DNA of 64,000 nt from Oculina patagonica (lineage: Eukaryota), in contig NC_135761.1 in assembly GCF_052425735.1 (NCBI RefSeq), forward strand, positions 63,922,001 through 63,986,000, in the 5' to 3' direction. The notes beneath the pieces are model-generated. The model saw only the letters and a program-made list of their open reading frames with translations, did not search any database and had not been told where the DNA came from. Position 1 is the first letter of the stretch; every line of letters begins with the position of its first letter. Of this stretch, positions 29,676 to 43,465 are shown in pieces. Both the position numbers and the translations under genes were made by a program.

Positions 29676-31883
29676 ATGACTGAATTTTTGAAAACCGTGT
29701 CAGCAACACAAACCTCTCACTGGCACTTTGCCAGGAAAATCAAAGGCTTTGTCAGTCAATCAAGCAAAGTCAAGCAGTCACTGGCGAACAAACACACTCA
29801 CCTGAGTTTTGCCCAGCTGGATCACCGCCGCAACCTAACCTTGTTGCCTAACCAGGCCAGTTCTGCTGACGAAAACCAAAAAAGACCAAAAAATCAGTTT
29901 TTTAGCCCAAGTGTCCACTTTTTGAACCCACCCCACCCCCCTGGGTTATGAGACCTGCTGGTTGGCATGGTACCACCCTGTAGCCTGAAGCCTGGGCTGC
30001 ATGCCAAAACCCTTCAAGACACCAAGCCCCCTGCTTTTTCAAGCGCCAGGCTGGCCTGACCCCTGGCTATCGCCAGGCGACAGGCGAAAAAGTTTTGCTT
30101 CAACCGGAGACCATGTTTTCAAAAATCCAGTCATATGTTGGCAGGTAATGCCTGGAATTGCACTGACAATCACTGTTTGCCCAGCTGACTTGCCCGGTGC
30201 CCGAGCCTGGCTAACGGTAGGTCACAGCCAGCTGGAAGCAGGCATTCCCTGCCAACATATGACTGAATTTTTGAAAACCGTGTCAGCAACACAAACCTCT
30301 CACTGGCACTTTGCCAGGAAAATCAAAGGCTTTGTCAGTCAATCAAGCAAAGTCAAGCAGTCACTGGCGAACAAACACACTCACCTGAGTTTTGCCCAGC
30401 TGGATCACCGCCGCAACCTAACCTTGTTGCCTAACCAGGCCAGTTCTGCTGACGAAAACCAAAAAAGACCAAAAAATCAGTTTTTTAGTCCAAGTGTCCA
30501 CTTTTTGAACCCACCCCACCCCCCTGGGTTATGAGACCTGCTGGTTGGCATGGTACCACCCTGTAGCCTGAAGCCTGGGCTGCATGCCAAAACCCTTCAA
30601 GACACCAAGCCCCCTGCTTTTTCAAGCGCCAGGCTGGCCTGACCCCTGGCTATCGCCAGGCGACAGGCGAAAAAGTTTTGCTTCAACCGGAGACCATGTT
30701 TTCAAAAATCCAGTCATATGTTGGCAGGTAATGCCTGGAATTGCACTGACAATCACTGTTTGCCCAGCTGACTTGCCCGGTGCCCGAGCCTGGCTAACGG
30801 TAGGTCACAGCCAGCTGGAAGCAGGCATTCCCTGCCAACATATGACTGAATTTTTGAAAACCGTGTCAGCAACACAAACCTCTCACTGGCACTTTGCCAG
30901 GAAAATCAAAGGCTTTGTCAGTCAATCAAGCAAAGTCAAGCAGTCACTGGCGAACAAACACACTCACCTGAGTTTTGCCCAGCTGGATCACCGCCGCAAC
31001 CTAACCTTGTTGCCTAACCAGGCCAGTTCTGCTGACGAAAACCAAAAAAGACCAAAAAATCAGTTTTTTAGTCCAAGTGTCCACTTTTTGAACCCACCCC
31101 ACCCCCCTGGGTTATGAGACCTGCTGGTTGGCATGGCACCACCCTGTAGCCTGAAGCCTGGGCTGCATGCCAAAACCCTTCAAGACACCAAGCCCCCTGC
31201 TTTTTCAAGCGCCAGGCTGGCCTGACCCCTGGCTATCGCCAGGCGACAGGCGAAAAAGTTTTGCTTCAACCGGAGACCATGTTTTCAAAAATCCAGTCAT
31301 ATGTTGGCAGGTAATGCCTGGAATTGCACTGACAATCACTGTTTGCCCAGCTGACTTGCCCGGTGCCCGAGCCTGGCTAACGGTAGGTCACAGCCAGCTG
31401 GAAGCAGGCATTCCCTGCCAACATATGACTGAATTTTTGAAAACCGTGTCAGCAACACATACCTCTCACTGGCACTTTGCCAGGAAAATCAAAGGCTTTG
31501 TCAGTCAATCAAGCAAAGTCAAGCAGTCACTGGCGAACAAACACACTCACCTGAGTTTTGCCCAGCTGGATCACCGCCGCAACCTAACCTTGTTGCCTAA
31601 CCAGGCCAGTTCTGCTGACGAAAACCAAAAAAGACCAAAAAATCAGTTTTTTAGTCCAAGTGTCCACTTTTTGAACCCACCCCACCCCCCTGGGTTATGA
31701 GACCTGCTGGTTGGCATGGTACCACCCTGTAGCCTGAAACCTGGGCTGCATGCCAAAACCCTTCAAGACACCAAGCCCCCTGCTTTTTCAAGCGCCAGGC
31801 TGGCCTGTCCGCTGGCTATCGCCAGGCGACAGGCGAAAAAGTTTTGCTTCAACCGGAGACCATGTTTTCAAAAATCCAGTCAT
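29676..31883. repeat. 583-bp tandem array (A-B-A-B-A-B-A) of TIR-bounded modules, flanked by (TA)n
   Basis: Units start at 29676, 30259, 30842 and 31425 and are near-identical; TIR atgactgaatttttgaaaac / gttttcaaaaatccagtcat. Confidence 0.9.
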
Positions 31884-33062
31884 ATATATATATAAAGGAT
31901 TAATACCAAAGCTGCTGTTGAAACCAATTTTGTGTGTACATGGCACTTTTCTTAGTACATAGTTTCTTCCAGCCGGGCAGGCAGTTAATTTGTCAGCTGG
32001 GCTCGTGACTTGACAACCTTCTAGCCTGGGGGAGGGGAAGGGACTTGTAGTAGCCCCGAGTGTTTTGGCTGGTGGGCGCCAGGTTCTTGGAAAATCGCTC
32101 AGATATATATACTGGAAAATTTTGAGTATTTCTTAATAATTTATGATATTCTGATGGCTTTAAGAGGAAATATGTAATCATTAGCTCTGTTTCAAAATAA
32201 TAATAAAAAAGGAATTGAAATGTTTTTATCCACTTCCGGACTTATACGAGCGAATCGGTTGAAAAAAATCTTAGGATGCGTTTCTTTGGGAAAATCCAAA
32301 ATTGGATTATTGATCTCAGATCACACGGATACTTTGCTCCCAAAGAAACGAATAATCCGAAAATGGATTTTTTGCCATGACAACCCCGTAAACACATTTC
32401 GCACAGAACATAAAATATCAGCACAAATTTATTTTTCGTCGAATGTATCCTAGCTAAAATAATTTTTAGCATACAAAATCTTTTACAAAAATCACACGTC
32501 GAAATAGTTCTTCTTTAGCCTCAAGCACAATGTGGCGAGAAAGCATCTAAGAGCGAAGAATGTTTGTGAAATGATCAATGCAAACTTCACTCGTGACAAT
32601 TTCAAAAGGATACAACTTCCGTAGGCACACGGTGGCTGTTCTAGAAAACCTGTATGCGGTTTAAAATGACACTTCATACCTATCAAGCCACTGTTTCCTT
32701 TTATCGTGAAATATTTTTGTATTTTGATCGAAATAACCGCCTGAAAACTTACCGAATGGCAGTGTTTACAAAGGGCGAACCTGTATTTTCACAGCAAAGA
32801 CCGCTGGGCCAAGGTACTTTTTTCGGATCCTTTCCCAAAGAAACGCACGGATCATGAATCCTAAAAATCCGGATTCAGATATGATCTGATGTATCCACTC
32901 TGAGTGTGGATTCTTCAGATCATTGATCCAAGATTAATCCATTTTCGGATATAGGTAAAGAAACGCAAAATCTGTTTTTGGATCAAGAATCCGGATTTGG
33001 ATTTTTTCTTACTTCCGCTTATTCTTACTTCCGCTGATGTGGCTAGAGCGTATGACTGAAGT

Positions 33063-33063
33063 A

Positions 33064-33113
<50 letters not shown>
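33063..33113 (+). repeat. (TAAA)n microsatellite
   Basis: Read directly from the sequence. Confidence 0.95.
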
Positions 33114-33114
<1 letters not shown>

Positions 33115-34541
33115 AAGGTTCGCATTGCTTGAATCAGGATGCAATGTTAGCTTCCAGTAACTTGAAAATGTTAGTACCTGTAAGCGCCTCCCAAATAAAA
33201 ATGGAAATTTCTGTAGTCAAGCAGGAGCAGTTCGTTGTCTGACCCAGGCACAGCATAACTCAATGGTATTCCACCATTCCCTGTATCAGCGGTTTTCATC
33301 CACAGACAAACTGTCACGGCTTTGAGGCTTGGCATGCCACGTGTGATGACGCAATCACTGGTTCCTTTTCGCGGGAACAGCAGAGCGTAATCTGCCGCGG
33401 CTGAAGAGAAACAAGAAGAAGAGCAATCTTATTTTTAAAATAAAGTGTCAGTTTTGTATATTTTAGCAAATAACAGCAATTTTGGTTCAATATCCCGAGT
33501 GGTATTCGATACAGAATTCTAATGTCGAAGCCGGGCTTGAATAGACCTTCACGGGCTGTATTTTGAGTCATTTGTACTAGTCAGATTGGCTGCCTCAGAG
33601 ACATTAGTTGTCCAACTGCACATGTGATCGCTACAGAAAGGCGGATTGTTCAGAGAAATTAGACTGTATCTGTACCTGGATTTCGTTCCAGAGTTGTTAA
33701 TCTCTGAGTCAGCACTTGTACCTGCACGGACATCGCTGCATTCGACTTGTTCAGCAAATTTAACTTCTTTTCAATACGTTCGTCCAGTGATTCAACCTTT
33801 TGGGATAGTGTTTGAATGGTTTCGTTCACAGCATCCAGCTTTCCTGTTGATATTGAAAATATGCAAAAAAATCGGGAAAGTAAGTAAATGATTACTTTCG
33901 GAAAAGGAAGTATGTACATGAATTTTATGTTCCTGAATTTTTAGCTATAGTAGTGATCAATATAGCGGTATTTCTATCTCAAACACTTTTTTAATCACTA
34001 GCCAAAGCCCAAGGACGGTTATAACTGACTGTATATATACCTTGTTTTTTCATGGTTGTCTGTATCTTCTGAGACATCACTTGAAGCTGCAAGGAGAGCG
34101 CTGCGTTCGACTTGTTCACCAAATCCAATTTCTTTTTGAGTTTTTGCTCCAGGGACTCAACCGTTTTGCAGCAATTGTTTGCGGTTTGGCTTATCGCATC
34201 CAGTTTTCCACGGGGCACAATTCTTTCATCCAAGTCTTGCAGTTTTCTGGCTAAATCTTCATCTTTCGCGCTCAACGACTGTAATTAATCGGGCGTGGCC
34301 GATTTATAGTTTACCCTTTGGTCGTCCTAGAGCGTAGTCTCCTGGCGCGGCCAAAAAGACGGGGATAGCTTGGGGTTGCTACAAAACCGCTACGGGTGAC
34401 GCATACCGCAATGGTTTTCATTTTAGTTTTGACAGGAAATCGTTGCAGGCACACTTGGTCGACTTTTGGGTTAATGTGTAATCAGGTTGTGTTTTTTTGC
34501 TTCGGCGGAAGGACAGAGAAAAAAGCTTACGGGGCAAAGTA

Positions 34542-35591
34542 CAGTATGGGGCCCAGTTCTCGGCCACTTTTGACGTAAACTTGTATTTCTTACCTCAGAA
34601 GAACCGCAGGAACTTGAAATTTCTCCCAGAGCTAGCTACATTATTCAGCTTTTTGGTGTAAAGCTATCGACCGGTCAAAAATTAATTTGCCCGAGCAATA
34701 ATAAAAATAAAAGCTCCATTTGTGGGCCCAGTTCTCGGCCACCTTGGCCCAGTTCTCGGCCACTAAAAAGCTTGTGCGTAATTATCTGTAAAAAAATACT
34801 CAATTAATTTTCACAGTCATAAAATCACTCTGTAAACCTATTTATACTATATCGATCCCAAATTATTTTTATGATGCTTTGTTTTACTTTAGAAAAGAAG
34901 GATTTTAACGCGCCTAGTTGCCTATGTGCAGGTTCTGGCAAAACCGCATTGTGTGACCCGTGCATTTAGATGGTTTATTTTGCAGTGAAAAGGTCTTGAA
35001 AGATTTAGGTGTTGTAGAAATAATAGACAAGACAAGAGTCAGCTCAAAACTTAGAGATAAGATTGAACTTTATTTTTAAAACATTTATTTCTTTCATTCT
35101 GGCAGCAGCAGATGAAATTATATTAAAAACCAAGCGCTAAGCTGTGATAGCGAGCAGGGTGGCCGAGAACTGGCAAATACGCAAACGTCGCAAGAAAAAA
35201 TTTCGAAGTAAATTAAGACCAAAAAATACAACGGTTCAACGAAAAGTTAACTAAAGCAGAAAGCTGAATTATTCTACGTTTCACATGCCAAAAAATTAGC
35301 TCGTATGGTGGGGGCTTTTGGATAAAATACGAATTTAACTACATCCATGAATTTGGAGCCGTAAACAAACAACTTTTTCGGGAATGCAAATTCACCTACC
35401 TCCGCGTAAACTCGACGTGTGAGCTTTCTATATCGAATTGAACGATAAAACTCAAGATACTTAAAGCACATGAATCAGTCTATCGTTTGAAGGAAATACC
35501 TTTTTCTTTTGATTCAACTGGAGTGTGAAAAAACGCGTTAAACACAAAGTGGCCGAGAACTGGACCCGGCCGAGAACTGGGCCCCATACTG
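34542..35591. mobile_element. Tc1/mariner (pogo-like) MITE with TA TSD
   Basis: TA|CAGTATGGGGCCCAGTTCTCGGCC ... GGCCGAGAACTGGGCCCCATACTG|TA, with internal copies of the TIR motif. Confidence 0.85.
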
Positions 35592-37158
35592 TACTGATAT
35601 TCACCATTGTGAAATTGCACTTACTTTGACAAGTTAAAGTTATTTTTGTAAATGAAAAAGGTAACGTCATTGATGTCACGCAGTACTAGATGGTTTGCTG
35701 GTTTCTGACTATGAATGGGGGTGTGATCTTGCGGTATATTTTTTGAGCCTGACTCCGCCGTAAAACTTTTTTTTTATTTAGCAAGAACTGTGTCGATTTT
35801 CATTTCTGAACAATTGGTCGTCAAGTCGTTTGTCACAAAGAGTAGAATGTTTGTACAGCATGTTTTGGAATTATTTTAGATTTGGTTAGTAAGACGCTTC
35901 TGAAGACCTGAGCAAAACATTGGGAATGTACAGTATTAATAGGAACTTGAATGGAATTTTTCACAAGTTGGATAAAGGTATCAACTGAAAAAAATGGAAT
36001 TCAAAATGAGAACTTGGATTTTGTTGTAATTAAATTTTATCGCGGATTGGATGCATAATATCACGGCTTTGAAAGTCTTCAAATAATTAGAAAGGTTCCT
36101 TTCTTCCTTTTGATCTTATTGTTATTTTCATGTATTGATTATTCGAAAGTGGTTTTCGTTGATACGAAAAAAAAACGGGTTTTCACTGAATTGCTTGAAG
36201 TATTTTTAGACGTGATAATATTGGCTTAATCAAATTACATTGTGCACGAAATATTTGTTATTCTTTTGTCTTGAAACTTTGAGGAAATTGAAATTTTTGT
36301 TTGACAGTAGTGTATGAAAGGCATTTTATAGAACTGAATAAAAAATAAAAAACATTGATAAAGGTTATTTCAAAGATTTATTTTGCCTGATTTTGAAGGG
36401 TTTCAGGAGTTTTAAAGAGTGCTGGTAAACGGCTGTATGTTGTTTGTGATTACGGATCTTATTTAGTTTCGAACGCTCTAATTTTTGAAAGGTTAAAACA
36501 GGTTAAAACCGGGCGGTTTCATGAGTTTTTTGGGTAGAAAGGTACGGTGGTGGTCAAAAAAAAATGTTTAGAAAGGAATGACTGTAGTAGCACGTAAGTC
36601 GGAGGTTTGCGTGAGTCACGGGGTATAGTATGCGTGAGCTGGATTTCCGGCGTCATAACGGCATGTTTTGTTTACTGAAAGATACACTCGACGTTTAGTT
36701 AGCTTAGTCGGCTTGGGAAACTATTTTAAAAATGAATGTTGTAATAGTTAATTAATAGTAATCTAGAATTAACCCACTCTCGATTGGAGTCTGTTCTGGA
36801 TTCGCGCTACCTTTTCGCCGCGAAGGAATTTTGTAAAATTTCGCTAGTGGAAAGAGGGTACTGTAAGAACAGTATCAATAACTCAAAAGGAGGAACTTCT
36901 TTGTAGCTCTGAATTAAGACGTATGATAAAATTTTAGAATAAGAAACTTTCGATATATGGTTTTCATATTGTTTTTGTCAATTTCCTTTTGTGGCAGATT
37001 TTTTGAGAATCAGCTTTTCTTTCGTGTGATGACAGACACAGGACAGAACGAGAGGTGGATGAGAAAGATGCCGAAGATGAATAGGCACCGAAAAACGACA
37101 AGAACCGTCAAGGACTTATCTTTAGAGGGCGGGGAGTTTTGGCATACTGTATTTCGAG

Positions 37159-38226
37159 GACTGGACTGGACTAGTAAAACGCGGACTAGTAAAACGCGGA
37201 CTTGTAAAACGCGGACTAGTATAACGCGGACTAGTAAAACGCGGACTTGTAAAACGCGGACTAGTAAAACGCGGACTCAGGTAAAACGCGGACTTGTAAA
37301 AGGCGGACTAGTAAAACGCGGACTAGTAAAACGCGGACTTGTAAAACGAGGACTAGTAAAACGCGGACTCAGGTAAAACGCGGACTTGTAAAAGGCGGAC
37401 TAGTAAAACGCGGACTAGTAAAACGCGGACTTGTAAAACGAGGACTAGTAAAACGCGGACTTGTAAAACGCGGACTTGTAAAACGAGGGCTTGTTAAGCA
37501 CGGACTTGTAGAACGCGGACTTGTAAAACAAGCGCTTGTAAATCGGATAAAACTAAACGGTTTAGCGAGCGAAACAATTTGTGTTTGAAGCTCTTGTGTG
37601 TTTCTTCGACGGCATATTTCTAGCTTTTTTGAGCACTCTATGGTCTGTTTTAGCGTGGAGATGTTTTTGCAGTATAGCACATGTTCGTTCTGCAAACCCC
37701 TACTAAAACAACGGGATTGATGCTATGAGTTGTGTGCATATGTTTCTTTCTTTCCACTACTTGACGTCTGTTGAGTGCAGTCGTTTGTATTGCTCGCACG
37801 AGGTAGAACGGGGCCCGTCCAGAAATCAACAGTCAATCGTAAATAAAGGTGACGGACCTACACGACTCCTACGTTCGTGACATTAGAATATTTGCCGTTA
37901 AATGTTTAAATTCGGTCTTTCGACCTTATTTGCTTCTGACTTCTTTCTGAGGGTACTGTTTTAATTTGGGGGCAGTATGTGGTAAATAAAGGTGACGGGC
38001 CTACACGACTCCTACGTTCGTGACATTAGAACATTTGCCGTTATATGTTCAAATTCGGTCTTTCGACCTTATTTGCTTCTGACTTCTTTCTGAGGTTACT
38101 GTTTTTTTGAGACATTATGTATTGAAGAGAGCCGTAAGATGATTGTGGCCAAGGAATTCGAAGTGTCTAGAGGCGTTTTACAAGTCCGCGTTTTACTAGT
38201 CCGCGTTTTACTAGTCCAGTCCAGTC
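37159..38226. mobile_element. Foldback-like element with a 15-bp minisatellite (GACTWGTAAAACGCG)n and a 143-bp internal duplication
   Basis: Array at 37168-37541; inverted copy at 38175-38226; direct repeat at 37839/37982. Confidence 0.7.
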
Positions 38227-40759
38227 TACAAGTTAAAGACACATCAAGACCACCCCACTGTGAATTGCCATAGCACAGACAAAATTATAGTCAATATCTT
38301 ATGTGTTTTTAAGAGAATTACATAAGAACCAAGGCATGTCTTGTCTTGCCTTACATTGACATGCAATAATTTGGAAATACTAAGCTCGTAACAGTTTAAG
38401 ACAGAATCCATCAGGAATTTGAGTAACATTAATTTTAGTTACGCAAAAATTGAGCACCAGAATAATTTAAATCCTTGTGTTCTTTCATACCTTGTTAAAG
38501 GCTTGACATGTGATAACACCAACATAACACCAACAACAGTTCTTTATCAGTGGGGATTGAAGAAAAAAATGGAAACATCATCACACAGTTGACCCCCATG
38601 CAAAAACACTCCAGGATGTCACGGGACTGTTTGGTGTCCGTCTGCCAATTTCTAACTTCAAATTCCAATGTTAAATTCCATAGTTAGTAACTATGTTAAA
38701 TTCACATTAAATTTTCAATATTTCTTAGTTGTCTAAATTTTACTAATTCTTTTAAAAAAACTATCACCTGCCAAACATCCCCAAAAATCACTCAAAAAAT
38801 TACAAAATACCGCAATACATAGATACATGGGATGAGTGAAGTTTCCTTGGATTCCTTGAAACACCAACAAGATATTTCCGTTTAAGGTGGCTGATAATGG
38901 GTTTCAGTATTTCCCAGTCCTTATACTTTGGTTCAGGACTAAAAGCCTTCATCAATTGCTATTACAGTAATGGTATGAAACAAATGTTCAATCATTCATC
39001 AACAAGTTGTGATCATTTTCTTGACAATAGTAGTTCCCCGGTAAACAGTTGTAGTACTGTCCCATCAAAGTGCAATGCCTGGAAAATACCGAAAAGCACA
39101 CGACCTTCAGGTGAAACCGCACCTTACAGTATTACCAATACACTGCACTTTGCTAAGTCTTAAAACTTTACATTGTCTAGTCGTCTACTTCAATCGTTTA
39201 TTTGTATTTTGTGAGATACATTTATAAATTGAAACCATCATGTCATTAAGTAATAATGCAATCTCGACAACGTTCTAGATATTATATTATGCACACTAAT
39301 ACAGCTCATGCAAGCCCTGTGACTTACACAAACACAGTCGGACTGAGTGCTACTTAAGTAACTGCTTCGTGGTTTCTGCTGTACTGAACCCTGCCTTTTA
39401 AGGCAAAGCGCCCGATTTTAAGCTTCTTAAGCTTCTCAATGTTCTTGTTTGCTTTTAATTTCAGCGAGCGCGATCTTCGTTTCTCGGGCCGTGGACACAA
39501 CAACCTCGTTATGGTCTCCAGTGATGAAAACTTTCCCATCCGCGGTAGTCTTGTTCACTCCAGTTGACGAAACAACTTGGGTTACAGCCACAAAAATGAG
39601 AAACAAAGAAAAACAAATCGATTTTGCTGCAAACATGTTGACGACAAGAAGTCTGTTAGTGAGACTGAAGCCCTGAGCCCAACGATAGAAAATTTTAGTC
39701 AGTGGGAAGTACACTGTAAATATAAATTTAACAAGTATTTTTTCTCGATGTGATAATGCAATCCACGGTCTGTTTGATTATCGTGACATGGAAAACAAAT
39801 ATTATTACTATACTTCACAAATTATTCTGAATGACGGACGATCCTTCTATTAAATAATAAATCAACTGAATGTCAAGGAATAATTGTGGACAATGTATCT
39901 GAAAACTGGATGAATGAGTTTGTTTCGAGTTCTGTAACACAAACATGATTATGGCTACAGTTATACAGTGCGGGGGGTGGGTGGTTGATACAATTCTAAT
40001 AAGCGGTGTTTAAGCAACTAAACAATGTGGCTATCCCGCTATATTTCTTTGCAATTATCGCCACATTTTTCGAGTCTCCAAATTCCCGGCAATTTCTTTA
40101 GATACCCAGCAAAAAGATTTCCTTCTCCCGAGACATTGGAGTTGTCACCTCGTTGGTTTTATGCAAATGTAGCGACAAACGCAAACATTTATCATTATTT
40201 TTTGGCATTTATTTAACTTAGCCTTCAGGGTTTCAGTAGGGATTTTAGACATTACAGATAGGCATTACTGAAACCACAGATCGAGGGACCGGCAAGATAA
40301 AAAATAGGACAAGAAGCAATACATTGTCTTTTAAGTTTCCTTTTGTTAGGAACTGGATCCTATACACACTGGATCTGAAGACTGCATGTGATCCTTGAAC
40401 ACGGTTTTATTTGTCTTGCTCATTAAAATTTCAAAACAAAATTTAAAAAGAAGGTCAAGAAAACCAAACAATGTCTCGTGAAGTGATGCGGGTAACGACC
40501 GAAAATTATCATAATCAGGAATTTGTAGACAAGGTTTGTAGTACAAGGCCAGACCTTCGTTTAGGTTAAATATTTTGAAACGCAAACATTTTGTAACGTT
40601 CTCATTATCCATTCATAAAGCCCATTCTGTTTGACACGTTACAGCCATTGACGTTGTTTTCATGGTAACAACTCACGAAAGCATCGCATGACACAAACTG
40701 AATTGATCACGCAACACTATAACAATTATGTACAACTTATATTTAAGATTTTAATAACG

Positions 40760-42160
40760 CAGATGTTGTGTAAAAAAACGGTTTTTGTAAAAAAGCTGCT
40801 TTTTTACATAAAAAAGCAGCTTTCTTACAAATATAAAATTGTAAAAAAGCAGCCTTTTTACAAGAATATATATTTGTAAAAAAGCTGCTTTTTTACATAA
40901 AAAAGCAGCTTTTTTACAGTTATATAATTGTAAAAAAGCTGCTTTTTTACAGGAATATATATTTGTAAAAAAGCTGCTTTTTTATGTAAAAAAGCAGCTT
41001 TTTTACAGTTATATAATTGTAAATAAGCAGCTTTTTTACAGGAATATATATTTGTAAAAAAATTGCTTTTTTATGTAAAAAAGCAGCTTTTTTACAAGAA
41101 AATAATTGTAAAAAAGCTGCTTTTTTACAAAAATATATATTTGTAAAAAGCTGCTTTTTTACAAGAAATATCTTTGTAAAAAAGTTGCTTTTTTACAGAA
41201 AAACGGACAAGATGCTGCATAGAGTACCTTTAGAGAATTTGAGTTGAGAATTAGGGTATGCCAAAACCCATATACCAAAGCGCAACTGTCTTAAAGCCTC
41301 AGTCGAACACTGAGTCACAACGTTAATATTATGCGAAACGTGTAGCATTTCTAGATCTGTTTAGTTGCCTTGTTGCTACACTTTTTGAAGTGTTCGTGAT
41401 AATGAAGCGATCTTGCATTCCCGGTACATCAAGCCTGTTTCATTTCGATCAAGATATTGATTTTCGTTCGCTAAAAAAACGAGGGACTGAAACAGGCTAA
41501 TATGTTTCGACATGTGAATGTTTACGCAAGGGTCATGCAGAGGTCACGGAAACTAAATCATTTGGTGAAATCAGGATATTCACTTTTTAAAATTAGCTCT
41601 ATTTAAAATACATTCATACGAATCTCGTGCTTCGGTGATGCGAAAATTAAGAACGGAAGCGGTTTATTATTTGAGGCCAGCTGCTTCATCAAAACTAAAC
41701 AGTCATCATTCCGGCGGCCTTCGATCGGCGAGTTGAAATATAAATCTGTTTAAAACAACAAACGTCTGCTTTTAGGCTAAGAGTTAGAATATAATACGAA
41801 GAACTTGCTCCAGTGTTTATCGATTTAAATTTATTTCAAACAAACGAAAAAACCTAACCGTTTTAATTAGTCTTTGCTGAGCTACATGTATAGCAGACAG
41901 ACCTTTTTCTTGCAAACCTAATTTTGTAAAGAAACCGGCCATACACATGTTCACACATTAAAATACAGAATGACACTGCCAAATAATTCAAGCCTTTTAA
42001 GCGTACAGAAAGGTTCAGAACACTTGCTTTAATTGAAAGAAAGCTATAGCCTTCGAATCATTTTTTTCTTACAAATATATAAGTGTAAAAATGCAGCTTT
42101 TTTACAAAATATATAATTGTAAGAAAACCGCTTTTTTACAATGCCGTTTTTTTACGCCAC
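40760..42160. repeat. AT-rich foldback-like element with palindromic minisatellite (gtaaaaaagcagctttttac) in both arms
   Basis: Arrays at 40775-41200 and 42060-42160; imperfect terminal IR tgtgtaaaaaaacgg / ccgtttttttacgcca. Confidence 0.6.
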
Positions 42161-42791
42161 ACAGATTAACATATAAATATGACCAAATGCGCCTGAACAA
42201 CTATACTGGATTGCCTTATTCCTTGAAGCTCGCCTAGCAAAAAGTAAAACAGGGTGTCACAAACCGATATTTTCGATAGTTCATGATCAAAAGGGATAGG
42301 AATCGGTAAAAATCAATATAAATTAATCGATTCATATCGACAGTCGATAAAATTGATTGGCAGACTCATTGTGATACACGACTTTGGTTCATGTATCGAG
42401 TTATGGATGTACGTGGAGTGTGGAGAGCACGTGAGAAATAAAAGCATTGTTCGAGGCGTAGTCGAGAGCAACTCTAGCCGCGTCTCAACAGCAAAAGGGA
42501 CCGGAAAAGTTTCGGCTGAATATTTGTCCGCATTTAAACGCCAGATAAAACTTTTAAACGCGATGACTCTGCTTCTTTCTTGTTATCTTTTTAATCCTTT
42601 GTGAGGCTAGAAAATCCACACCGATAGAAAAGCTGGGAAGACTGTCACAAACGTTCTCCATTTTCGAGATAAACGAAGACTTTTCTTGTACACGTTATTT
42701 TATAGAGCACTCTGGCGCCATCGATTTAGCTCGCGTGGCCTGATTTGCAAGATTAGTATCGATTTTGATCGAAAAATAGCGAAAAGATAAA

Positions 42792-42934
42792 NNNNNNNNN
42801 NNNNNNNNNNNNNNNNNNNNNNNNNNNNNNNNNNNNNNNNNNNNNNNNNNNNNNNNNNNNNNNNNNNNNNNNNNNNNNNNNNNNNNNNNNNNNNNNNNNN
42901 NNNNNNNNNNNNNNNNNNNNNNNNNNNNNNNNNN
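42792..42934. other. Assembly gap (N run)
   Basis: Run of Ns. Confidence 0.99.
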
Positions 42935-43335
42935 GAGGGTAGCACTTAATAGCTAAAAAGCTAACAAACTCGTGGCCCTCCTATGTAAAGCATTTGTGTC
43001 AACCCGAGTATTTAAAGATTAGCCTGTGACTCGCGACATGATAAGTGCCTCAGTACCGTAAACCTAAAGAATGTTTTTGAAAGGTTTTTGTTTTATGTAA
43101 TGTTTGTGCAAGCCATCATTTGTTTGTCGTTGTGTCGATCCACATTGATCCATATTGCTGTTTTTCCCCGCATTTTTGTCGCGAGCTAATTTCTTAAAAA
43201 CTTTCAAAATTTCGTCCAATTTTCACAACTTGTGAATTAACATTTATTGTCCCTTAAAAAAATGTGCATTTATTTACCTCAAGCGTTTTCGTGATTAAAG
43301 GAAGTTTAAGTTATTATATAAATGAATATTTAGTT

Positions 43336-43465
43336 TCATAATGATATGGGAAAATCTCATTTGCATTTACTTTCAACACACTTAATTAATATACACGACC
43401 AGTCGTGTATATTAATTAAGTGTGTTGAAAGTAAATGCAAATGAGATTTTCCCATATCATTATGA
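43336..43465. repeat. Perfect inverted repeat, 64-bp arms with 2-nt loop
   Basis: 43336-43399 is the exact reverse complement of 43402-43465. Confidence 0.95.

Larger units (their letters stand above)
34287..39449 (+). mobile_element. Non-autonomous Helentron/Helitron2-like insertion with nested elements
   Basis: Inserted in a T-run with no TSD; 5' hairpin AATCGG-gcgtgg-CCGATT; subterminal IR CGCCCGATT at 39409-39417 followed by an aagctt-ctt-aagctt hairpin. Confidence 0.55.
28717..39636 (-). pseudogene. Pentraxin gene copy 2 (long coiled-coil form), exon 1 split by a 5.2-kb insertion; exons 39636-39450 + 34286-34041, 33843-33676, 33400-33178, 29550-29423, 28967-28717
   Basis: Pentraxin motifs intact with GT-AG joins. 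Exon 1 is continuous in the paralog at 1-276 (gtaattttcttttaatt) but interrupted here. Confidence 0.75.

Noticed and set aside
29508-31962. Repeated 177-aa ORFs
   Set aside because: By-product of the 583-bp array; the unit is not a multiple of 3, has no domain, and lies in an intron.
36957-37695. ORFs with (KRGLV)n / (TSPRF)n
   Set aside because: Translation of a 15-bp minisatellite.
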